Source of the DNA: Spirochaetales bacterium
GTDB taxonomy: Bacteria; Spirochaetota; Spirochaetia; JABEVK01
Reading direction: 5' to 3'
Assembly (NCBI GenBank): GCA_037142615.1
Contig: JBAXAI010000046.1
Location: 1 to 27,355, forward strand
DNA length: 27,355 bases
The translations under genes were made by a program, and so were the position numbers. Positions 19,734 through 27,355 of the stretch are shown here, piece by piece; position 1 is the first letter of the stretch, and each line of letters opens with the position of its first letter. The notes beneath the pieces were generated by a model that saw nothing but the letters and a program-made list of their open reading frames with translations, ran no database searches and was not told the origin of the DNA.

Positions 19734-21103
19734 AGGCGGCACACCTCCCAGACTTCCCGGCCCACCAGGGACTCGAGAGCCGTCGCGATCCGTTCGCTCT
19801 CGGCAGTGTAGCTGCGGGTCAAGACCATGAGTCGGTCCTCTAGCGGTTCGAGCTTCAAGTTGCCGGCTGAACCGGTGTGGGTACGGTTGGCAATGGAAGC
19901 AACCGGGTCACGCTGGTTCAAGCGCTGCAGGTTGAGGCCCACCTCGCGGTAGGCGTCGCGGAAGCTCCAGCCTTGGCGTACCAACTCATACGCCGCGTCG
20001 GTGGCAAAGATATCCGGGGTGAAGCCAGCGACCAGACGCTCGGGCACCACTTCGAGCTGCTCAAAGGTCAACTCCATGAGGGCCAGCAGGTCGCCCGAGG
20101 TATCGAGCCCACGCAACAACGGCTCTTTTGTCTCTTGAAAGTCGCGATTGTAGCCCGACGGAAGCGAACGGATGATGCTCTTCACCTGCGCCGACCAGGC
20201 CGAGAGGCTGCCACTCTTCGCCCGAACGAGTTCCAGGCCGTCCGGGTTCTTCTTTTGTGGCATGATGCTGCTTCCCGTGCACAGTGCCGGTGGCAGGCGG
20301 AAGTAGCCGAACTCGGGCAGCGAGAACAAGATCAAGTCCTGGGCGATTTTGCTGAGCGTCAGCCCGAGTTGATCGGCCACATCGAGCACGGCGGCTTCAA
20401 ACTTTCCGCGCGAGTTGTTCACGTAGATGACGTTGTTCTGCACTTTGCTGAAACCAAGAAGCGAGGCCGAATACTCCCGGTCCAACGGCAAGGGAACGCC
20501 ATAACCTGCTGCCGCACCGAGGGGACTTTGATCCCACAGCAGTCCTACCGCATCGGCCAGCAGCAGAACGTCCGTAAGTTCCTCGGCCCAAGCGGCCGCC
20601 CAAAGGCCCACTGACGAGGGCATGCCCGACTGCATGTGGGTGCGACCAGGCATGGGGACTTGCTGGTGGGTGCGCGCAAAACCAGCTATCCGTTTGGCCA
20701 GCGAAACCACGCCCAGGCGCAGACTCAGCAGCCGTGAACGCCCGTAGACACGAAGGGCAGTCTGCACCTGATCGTTCCGGCTACGACCGGTGTGAATCTT
20801 CTTGCCGACGTCGCCGAGTTTCTCGGTCAACCGGTTTTCGATCGCCGTGTGACAGTCCTCGTCGGCCCGCGTGACAACAAAGGCACCGGTGGACCAGTCG
20901 CGCACCAAGGCGCGCAATTCTTGCACCAGGGCCTCACCCTCGTCGGGGGTCAGCAGACCGATGCGGACCAACTGTCGGGCCTGAGCCATCGAGGCCACAG
21001 CATCGGCCGCAACCAGGCGTTGGTCGAGTTCAGGATCGAGTCCCACCGTGAAGGCTTCCACCAGTGCGTTGAGTTGATAGTCTTTCTGCCAGAGTTTTGC
21101 CAT
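19730..21103 (-). CDS. argH: Argininosuccinate lyase
   Basis: KIHTGRSRNDQ, MPGRTHMQ, GSSIMPQKKNPD and YNRDFQETK motifs. Confidence 0.96.
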   Translation of the reverse strand: MAKLWQKDYQLNALVEAFTVGLDPELDQRLVAADAVASMAQARQLVRIGLLTPDEGEALVQELRALVRDWSTGAFVVTRADEDCHTAIENRLTEKLGDVGKKIHTGRSRNDQVQTALRVYGRSRLLSLRLGVVSLAKRIAGFARTHQQVPMPGRTHMQSGMPSSVGLWAAAWAEELTDVLLLADAVGLLWDQSPLGAAAGYGVPLPLDREYSASLLGFSKVQNNVIYVNNSRGKFEAAVLDVADQLGLTLSKIAQDLILFSLPEFGYFRLPPALCTGSSIMPQKKNPDGLELVRAKSGSLSAWSAQVKSIIRSLPSGYNRDFQETKEPLLRGLDTSGDLLALMELTFEQLEVVPERLVAGFTPDIFATDAAYELVRQGWSFRDAYREVGLNLQRLNQRDPVASIANRTHTGSAGNLKLEPLEDRLMVLTRSYTAESERIATALESLVGREVWEVCRL

Positions 21104-21118
21104 CGTGTCCCCTCGAGC

Positions 21119-21766
21119 CTAATCAACCGTCAACGGCAAAATGATGCGCGCAACGGTCTCGTCTCCTAACGTGTCGATCTGAAAGAATTCCCCGTCAAAA
21201 CCTACTTTTCTGAGCATCAGGATCAGGACAATGATTCCCAGGCCTGCGCCTTCGGACTCGTCGAGCACCTCCGAAAAGGCGTCCTGAAGGCTGGCATAGG
21301 TGTACGCCTTCTGTACCCTGTCGCGAACCCGGGCCAGTTCAGCTTCCAGAATCAACGAGTTGTTGCGCACGGCGATGGAACAGCTTTCGCGGCTCAGGAG
21401 AAACTCGATCTTGATGGAAAGGGTTCCCTTCTCGAGTAGGTCCAGGTAAAAGGACTGGTTGCCAAGAGTGTTGGTCTTGAAGGTTTCCATGCCCTTGAGA
21501 TAGTCTTGGGCCTCGTCGATCCGCAGGCCGCTGTGCTGGAAAAACAGGCGTTTGGTGTTGGCCTTTTTCGCGTTGTCGGCAAGTTCGCGGATGCAGTACG
21601 ACAGCTGATCAAACAAGGGAGGCAGCCCCAATTCGGCCAGAAACACGCGCAGCACTTCGTCGATATAGGCCTGATCGGCGGGAAGGTAGCTGCGGGTCGT
21701 GACCGAGAACGGCTTGCCTGTTTCTTTGGCAGTGAGGAGCAGCTGATGGTGCTTTTCCGTGATCAC
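21119..21766 (-). CDS. Standalone GHKL/HATPase_c-like protein
   Basis: N box RELADNAKKAN and G2-like EGAGLG. Start moved to GTG 21766 because the TTG at 21802 is part of the -35 box. Confidence 0.75.
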   Translation of the reverse strand: MITEKHHQLLLTAKETGKPFSVTTRSYLPADQAYIDEVLRVFLAELGLPPLFDQLSYCIRELADNAKKANTKRLFFQHSGLRIDEAQDYLKGMETFKTNTLGNQSFYLDLLEKGTLSIKIEFLLSRESCSIAVRNNSLILEAELARVRDRVQKAYTYASLQDAFSEVLDESEGAGLGIIVLILMLRKVGFDGEFFQIDTLGDETVARIILPLTVD

Positions 21767-21773
21767 AATGGGG

Positions 21774-21810
21774 ACTTTACGTTGTTTCGCTTCGAAAGAC
21801 AAGCTACAAT
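21774..21810. promoter_or_regulatory. Overlapping divergent leaderless promoters
   Basis: Plus strand: TTGTTT(21782)-N17-TACAAT(21805)-6 nt-ATG. Minus strand: TTGTCT(21802)-N17-TAAAGT(21779)-7 nt-GTG. Confidence 0.65.
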
Positions 21811-21816
21811 GCAGGG

Positions 21817-23199
21817 ATGAAACTCCGTCTCTTTGCCGCGCTGGCGTTGTCGGGATCGTTGCTTTTTTCCTGCGGATTCGGGCGTCAGGCCACCGGCGTC
21901 GTACTTTGGGCCCCCGAGCCTGCCGAGATAGGGGCTGTTGCGGCGGTTAAGAACGCTGACGTGGTGTGGATCTGGGAACAAAGCCGCATACGGCGTTCGT
22001 TCAAGATTCAGGAGTCCGACGGTTCGGCTTCGCTGGAAACCGACCAGTGGAGGATCCGTTCGTTTGCGAACGAGAACGAGGCCCGCGATTTCGCCAAGAA
22101 CTACGCGGCGCTGAAAGACGCTTGGGCCGTGTCGGGCAAACAAGGACTCCCGGTGCGGGAGACTCCGGATGCCAACGCCAACCGGGTCTACAAACTCGGC
22201 GAAAACGAAGAAGTCAAGGTTCTCTCCAAACAGGACAAGCGGGTCAAACAGGGAAACTTGGAAGGTACCTGGGTCGAAATCCTCACCAAGGATGGCTACA
22301 GCGGCTGGGTGTTTGACTACTACCTGAGCTTGGTTGACAAGGCAGGGGGAACCGCCGTCAAGGCGAGCGGTGCCGGCGATGAGAAGGTTCAACTCATCCT
22401 TTCCACCTCCTGGTACCCCGAAGAAATGAAGGTCATGGTCGACCAGGACCGGTTGCAGCCCGAGGTCTTCCGTCCTGAATTGGGTCTGCGCTTGGTTTCG
22501 GCTGGGAACGGCGCAGGCGGAGCCGATGGGTCGGCCCGTTCCTTCCTGCTCACCCTCGCCTCCGAAGCTGGTCCCGATGAACTCTACGAACTGCCTTGGG
22601 AAGAACCGCGCAAGATCGACGATCTCTCTTATTGGTTCGGTGGTCCTGAAAAACTCCGGGTACAGTTCACCAACCCAGAGCTCACCCGCATCACGCTGGG
22701 TTTCACGTGGAAGGGTCAGGAAAAGAACATTCCGCTTTCGGTACTCCCCGGAGACGTCGGCACACTCCTGAGTCGAGAGTTGGCCTCACGCCAGCAGAAG
22801 TGGGTCGAACTGCTCAACCATGGCTCGGTTCTTTCCAGCCCTACCTACGGCGTTCTCACGCTGGGCGAAAACGGAGCTTTCACGTGGGCCGGCTTTGAGA
22901 CCTTGCAGCCGCCTTCGGGAGACATTCTGCCTGCCAACCTTCCCCCCGACGGGCGTATCGTGTTTGACTGGTTCAACGACCGTAAGCTGGTCGGCGAGTT
23001 CCGCGCGGTCCGCTTCGAGTTTGGTCAGACCGAGAATGGCAACACGCCGGCCGGACCATCGCAGGTGTTCCTCTACCGCTTTTTGAAGGACGGACTCCAA
23101 CTGCTGCCCGTGCTTCCCCGAGACACCGACCAAGCCAAGCATACCGTTCTGCGTGAAAGCAAGTCAGGTCTGTCAATCTTCTTCACGTTTCAGCAGTAG
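21817..23199 (+). CDS. Lipoprotein with bacterial SH3-like domain
   Basis: Signal ending LLFS-C; SH3b-like LPVRETPD...WVEILTKDGYSGWVF. Confidence 0.85.
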   Translation: MKLRLFAALALSGSLLFSCGFGRQATGVVLWAPEPAEIGAVAAVKNADVVWIWEQSRIRRSFKIQESDGSASLETDQWRIRSFANENEARDFAKNYAALKDAWAVSGKQGLPVRETPDANANRVYKLGENEEVKVLSKQDKRVKQGNLEGTWVEILTKDGYSGWVFDYYLSLVDKAGGTAVKASGAGDEKVQLILSTSWYPEEMKVMVDQDRLQPEVFRPELGLRLVSAGNGAGGADGSARSFLLTLASEAGPDELYELPWEEPRKIDDLSYWFGGPEKLRVQFTNPELTRITLGFTWKGQEKNIPLSVLPGDVGTLLSRELASRQQKWVELLNHGSVLSSPTYGVLTLGENGAFTWAGFETLQPPSGDILPANLPPDGRIVFDWFNDRKLVGEFRAVRFEFGQTENGNTPAGPSQVFLYRFLKDGLQLLPVLPRDTDQAKHTVLRESKSGLSIFFTFQQ

Positions 23200-23201
23200 C
23201 C

Positions 23202-25130
23202 ATGGCGTTTGTTCAACTTCAAGACATTCACCTCGCCTTTGGTGACCGGGATCTATTGCGCGGGATCGATTTTACTCTGCATTCCGGGCAAAAGGTGGCC
23301 CTGGCCGGGGCAAATGGAAGCGGCAAGTCGACCCTGCTCAAGGTGATGGCCGGCGAGTCCGAGTTCGATTCCGGCAAAGTCATCCGACCCGAGGGCACAC
23401 GCGTCGCCTATCTCCCCCAATCAGGCATCCTCTTGGGGACCGGAAGCGTGTTTCAGGAAGCCGAGGTCGCCTTTGAGCCGTGGAGCGAGTTGGAGTCCCA
23501 GATGCACGCGCTGGTCGAAGGCCTCGAAGGGAAAGACGAGCGCACCACTTCTCGCGTTCTCCACCAGCACCATGAGATGCAGGAGAAGCTTCTGGAGTCC
23601 GGCTATTACCAGCGGCGCGAGACCGTGGAGCAGACTCTCCGCGGCCTGGGTTTTTCCAGCGCTGAGCTCGACCGTCCGGCGGCCAGCTTCTCCGGCGGTT
23701 GGCAGATGCGTATTGCTCTCGGGCGCTGCCTTCTCGAAAGACCGGACCTTCTTCTGCTCGATGAACCCACCAACTACCTCGACATCGAGGCCAAGGACTG
23801 GCTCGAGGCCTTTCTCCGAGGTTCGGCGGGTGGTTTTCTGCTGGTTTCGCACGACCGTGGCTTTCTTGACGCCGTGGTCACCGAGGTGGCCGAGATTTTT
23901 CGTGGCAGCCTAACAGTCTCCAAAGGCAATTTCAGCACGTGGGAAGATAGGCGGCGGCTCGAAATCCGGCAAATGGAAGAAGCGTGGAAGCAACAACAGG
24001 CTGAAATCGCCAAACAGGAAGAGTACATCAACCGGTTCCGGGCCAAGGCCACCAAGGCAGCCGGGGTCCAAAGTCGCATCAAGGCGCTCGACAAACTCGA
24101 ACGGGTCGAATTGCCAGAATCTCTGGTACCGATGCACTTTTCGTTCCCACCGGCACCGCACTCGGGCAAGATCGTGCTCGAAGTGAAAGACCTTGGCAAA
24201 GCCTACGGTGACAATCGGGTGTTGAATGGCCTGGAGTACACCTTTCTGCGGGGTGAAAAGATCGCGGTCGCCGGCCGCAACGGCATGGGCAAGTCGACCC
24301 TGATGCGCATTCTGGCCGGCAAGGACACTCAGTTCGAGGGCTCGCTGCGCTGGGGAACCGACGTCAAGACCGCCTGGTTCTCGCAGGACCACGAGAAAGA
24401 CCTCGACCCAACGAAAACGGTGCTCGAAGAGGTCGAAGCTGATGCGCCGACGTCGATGGTTCCGCGCCTTCGCGACCTGTTGGGGTCGTTTCTTTTTCGT
24501 GGTGACGATGTGTTCAAGAAGACCGCCGTGCTTTCGGGGGGTGAAAAGAATCGCCTGACCCTGGTCAAGCTGCTCCTGCGTCCCGCGAACCTCCTCTTGC
24601 TCGATGAGCCCACTAACCACCTCGATCTCGCGTCCAAAGATGTCCTTCTCCAAGCGCTCAAACAGTTTGACGGAACGGTACTGGTCGTGTCGCACGATAA
24701 GTACTTCCTGAATCATCTGGCCGACAAAGTCCTCGAATTGAGGTCTGGCAAACACCGACTGCACCTCGGTGGCTGGCAGGCCTACCAAGAGTCTCTCACC
24801 TGGGCCGACGCACCGGCTGTCGAGGTCGCGCGGGTCTCGGCCGCCAGCGCCTCGCAGCTCGATCGGGCTGAGTCCAAGCGGATAGAGACTGCCGTACGCA
24901 GGCTCGAGCGCGAAGAAGAATCTCTTTTGGAGAAGATCGACGTCGCTGATGCCGAACTCAGCCGGCTCGAGGCCGAGCTCGGCTCACCCGAAGTCTATTC
25001 CGACGGGGCCAAAGCCAAGAACGTGGTTGTTCAACTGGGTGTGGTGCAAGCCCAAGTCGCTTCACTTCAGGCACGCTGGGAACAGGTCGCCCGGGAAATG
25101 GAAGAAGTCCGGGGCAAAATCCGCCGATAG
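23202..25130 (+). CDS. ABC-F family ATP-binding protein
   Basis: Two ABC cassettes (GANGSGKS/FSGGW/LLDEPTN and GRNGMGKS/LSGGE/LLDEPTN), an interdomain linker and a C-terminal coiled coil. No TM helices. Confidence 0.95.
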   Translation: MAFVQLQDIHLAFGDRDLLRGIDFTLHSGQKVALAGANGSGKSTLLKVMAGESEFDSGKVIRPEGTRVAYLPQSGILLGTGSVFQEAEVAFEPWSELESQMHALVEGLEGKDERTTSRVLHQHHEMQEKLLESGYYQRRETVEQTLRGLGFSSAELDRPAASFSGGWQMRIALGRCLLERPDLLLLDEPTNYLDIEAKDWLEAFLRGSAGGFLLVSHDRGFLDAVVTEVAEIFRGSLTVSKGNFSTWEDRRRLEIRQMEEAWKQQQAEIAKQEEYINRFRAKATKAAGVQSRIKALDKLERVELPESLVPMHFSFPPAPHSGKIVLEVKDLGKAYGDNRVLNGLEYTFLRGEKIAVAGRNGMGKSTLMRILAGKDTQFEGSLRWGTDVKTAWFSQDHEKDLDPTKTVLEEVEADAPTSMVPRLRDLLGSFLFRGDDVFKKTAVLSGGEKNRLTLVKLLLRPANLLLLDEPTNHLDLASKDVLLQALKQFDGTVLVVSHDKYFLNHLADKVLELRSGKHRLHLGGWQAYQESLTWADAPAVEVARVSAASASQLDRAESKRIETAVRRLEREEESLLEKIDVADAELSRLEAELGSPEVYSDGAKAKNVVVQLGVVQAQVASLQARWEQVAREMEEVRGKIRR

Positions 25131-25137
25131 TCTTGGC

Positions 25138-26304
25138 ATGAGACTGATCTTCGCGCTGTGCTTGCTTCTCGTCTTGCCTGCGGTTTCCTCGGCCGAGGTT
25201 CTTTGGTCCGAGCCGCAGGACTTCTATCTCGATCCCCCTATCGGTTGGATTTTCTACGAAGATCCCACTCCCGAGCACTTCCTCATCCGAAACTCGGACG
25301 GGAGCGCCTTCTTGGAAATCTTCAATCAGTCTACCCAGGGAAAAGCGCCAGACCCAGCAAAGAATGTCACGGAAAAAGCCCGAACGGTGCTCACGAACCT
25401 GCAAGCCAAGGGTGAAGGGGAAACCTTCACTTGGTCGGGTGAGGAATCTTGGCTAGGCGACCTCACCTACAAGGCGGGACCCTACCCCGTGCACGCCATC
25501 CTTCTGGTGACCCGAAATCAGGACAGTTTTCTGACTGCTCTGGCGTATTGCGGTGAAAAGGACTTCGACTCCTACCTCGACGTGCTGCAATCGGCCCTCA
25601 ACAGTCTGGCTTTGGGAGAAGTAGGGCGAAAAGACGTCGGGCCACTGAGCGCCTACTTCCGACAGACCGGCACGCAGACCGAACTTGACCAGAAGACACT
25701 GACCGGCCTGCCCTCGGCCTTCACCATGAGCTACAGCAAAGATACCGACGAAAGTGTGCAGACGGTCATGGAACGGGAAAGCCGCCTGATGGTTCCCATG
25801 GTTCAAACGCGTTTCCTAAACGCCGCCTGGAGCCGCTTCTACCGGCAAATCTACCGCGAGATGTACGCCAGCGTTCTTCCGCTCTCGCAATACTGGCTCA
25901 CACAGGTGCGAAAGGGAACCGTGGCAAAGGCAGACCTCCCGCAGGCAGTGATGTCGTGGATACAGAACTTCGAGTACTCCCGCAAAGGGGGCCTCACGGA
26001 CCTCTCTACACCGTGGCAGACTCTCGCAACGCAGTCAGGAGACTGTGATTCACGTAGCCTTTTGTACCTTGCTCTGCTGGAACAAACCGGAACCAAGGGC
26101 ATCCTGATGGTGAGCGCCAAGTACTCCCACGCAATGGCGGCGCTCAATCTCGCCGGCACAGGAGCGAGGTTCCCCCTTGATGGTACGAACTGGCTGGTTG
26201 CAGAACTCACCGACAACGTGAACAAACCACCGTTGGGAATGATCCCCAAAGAATACTCGGATCCGAATCAGTGGCTCGGAATCGACCTTTGGGGAAAACC
26301 GTAA
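25138..26304 (+). CDS. Exported protein with C-terminal transglutaminase-like motifs
   Basis: Signal MRLIFALCLLLVLPAVSSA; GDCDSRSLL, SHAMAAL and WLVAELT motifs. Confidence 0.78.
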   Translation: MRLIFALCLLLVLPAVSSAEVLWSEPQDFYLDPPIGWIFYEDPTPEHFLIRNSDGSAFLEIFNQSTQGKAPDPAKNVTEKARTVLTNLQAKGEGETFTWSGEESWLGDLTYKAGPYPVHAILLVTRNQDSFLTALAYCGEKDFDSYLDVLQSALNSLALGEVGRKDVGPLSAYFRQTGTQTELDQKTLTGLPSAFTMSYSKDTDESVQTVMERESRLMVPMVQTRFLNAAWSRFYRQIYREMYASVLPLSQYWLTQVRKGTVAKADLPQAVMSWIQNFEYSRKGGLTDLSTPWQTLATQSGDCDSRSLLYLALLEQTGTKGILMVSAKYSHAMAALNLAGTGARFPLDGTNWLVAELTDNVNKPPLGMIPKEYSDPNQWLGIDLWGKP

Positions 26305-26319
26305 CTCTCCCGTAGAGCG

Positions 26320-26907
26320 CTAATCGTGCTTGCCAAGGTGTTTCCCCAATTGGAGGAGAAATAGTGCAACGCCGAGAAGCGCGACACAGCCGGCAAAAAG
26401 CAGCATTTCGCTGATGTTGGCGAGTTTCATGCTAAGGACCACCTGGAAAAACTTAACGATGAGCGCCATGAGGATGACTTGACCGATTTTATCTTTCAAC
26501 ACATCAAGCGAGGCAATATCCAGAATGTTGGAAGCCTCGGTGCTGTCAGCAGCGTCAATATGCGAGATAAAAAGTTCGTAGAGTCCGAAACTGAAGATCA
26601 GAAGGACAACAGCGATCAGGAAAATATCGACACTTCCGATGATCTTGCCGATCAGTTCAGCGTGCAGGTCGGCCTTGTGTTCGTTACCTAAGTAGTACGA
26701 GACCATCTCCACAACCACTCGAACCACGTCGAAGGTGCCCATAACGAACAGCACGAAAGCAGCGGCGAGGCTGGAAAGTACAGCAAAGAGCACGAGATAG
26801 CGACTGTTCCAGAGGAACTTTTCAAAAACCGCTTCCATCGGCCAGGTCTTTCGCCTGTCATTTTCGAGGAAGTGCTCTCGGGTTTTCGGTGGACGGGGAT
26901 CTGTCAT
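26320..26907 (-). CDS. yqhA: YqhA/UPF0114 family membrane protein
   Basis: LWNSRYLV, DIFLIAVVLLIFSFGLYELFIS and SLDVLKDK motifs; GGAG RBS. Confidence 0.88.
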   Translation of the reverse strand: MTDPRPPKTREHFLENDRRKTWPMEAVFEKFLWNSRYLVLFAVLSSLAAAFVLFVMGTFDVVRVVVEMVSYYLGNEHKADLHAELIGKIIGSVDIFLIAVVLLIFSFGLYELFISHIDAADSTEASNILDIASLDVLKDKIGQVILMALIVKFFQVVLSMKLANISEMLLFAGCVALLGVALFLLQLGKHLGKHD

Positions 26908-26922
26908 ACTTACTCCGCGACG

Positions 26923-26951
26923 ATCTTAGAAAATCCGCACAGTTTGTTCAA
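26923..26951 (-). promoter_or_regulatory. Sigma70-type promoter for yqhA
   Basis: TTGAAC-N17-TAAGAT. Confidence 0.6.
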
Positions 26952-27084
26952 GTTCCGCGCACCGTAGCCCTACCGAGGGAAGCCGGCTAAGCACGGCGAC
27001 AAGCACTCTCGCTGGACGCGAAAGTAGCACAGGCGAAACCGACACACCAAAAGCAGAAACAATTCGGTAAAACTCAGTGGGGAA

Positions 27085-27114
27085 GAAGGCAGACGCGCCT
27101 TCAAAATAAAAAAA
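27085..27114 (-). terminator. Possible rRNA operon termination region
   Basis: U-rich run immediately after 5S helix I, then hairpin GAAGGC-GCGTCT-GCCTTC followed by TT. Confidence 0.4.
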
Positions 27115-27224
<110 letters not shown>

Positions 27225-27316
27225 GTTAATAACAAAGTATGAACGCATATGAACGGCGATCAGCAGATCGCCCGAAGTCTGCTGTGCAGACTTCCAGGGT
27301 ATGGGTATTGATAATA

Positions 27317-27355
27317 TGGTCAAGCCGCACGGCAAATTAGTACTGGTCAGCTGAA
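27317..27355 (-). rRNA. rrl: 23S rRNA, 3' end (partial)
   Basis: CAGCTGACCAGTACTAATTTGCCGTGCGGCTTGACC matches the conserved 23S 3' terminus, about 90 nt upstream of 5S. Confidence 0.92.

Noticed and set aside
23202-25130. ABC-F as an antibiotic resistance determinant
   Set aside because: Housekeeping operon context with no leader or attenuator. The subfamily cannot be assigned without HMMs.
26955-27060. Recurrent AGCAC words downstream of 5S
   Set aside because: Irregular spacing, with no tRNA fold or array structure.

Overview
This GC-rich bacterial chromosomal window is most likely from a spirochete. That is inferred from Cys-lipobox lipoproteins, a short 5S rRNA and several proteins resembling spirochete-restricted families. 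Positions 1-550 are a hairpin-rich segment with a minus-strand terminator and a candidate 24-aa peptide whose ribosome-binding site is sequestered. Positions 550-1937 are a small toxin-antitoxin islet: one intact RHH/MazF pair, an internally deleted PIN toxin with an intact partner and promoter, and a BrnA-like antitoxin preceded only by a toxin 3' stub. The rest is mostly housekeeping. It holds dnaE-yggT-recG, a transglutaminase-like lipoprotein, a GH20 hexosaminidase, a TPR/MltD/hypothetical operon and an icd-aroDE operon. It also holds an unannotated Lys-rich microprotein, a standalone GHKL-like gene with argH and a membrane protein, an SH3 lipoprotein/ABC-F/transglutaminase-like operon, yqhA, and the 3' end of an rRNA operon (5S plus the 23S tail). 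At least seven genes look leaderless (a -10 box 6-7 nt before the start codon). No CRISPR array, tRNA, integrase or transposase was seen. No clearly new multi-gene system is evident; the best leads are in the first 2 kb. All family assignments are from motif recognition by eye, not database searches.
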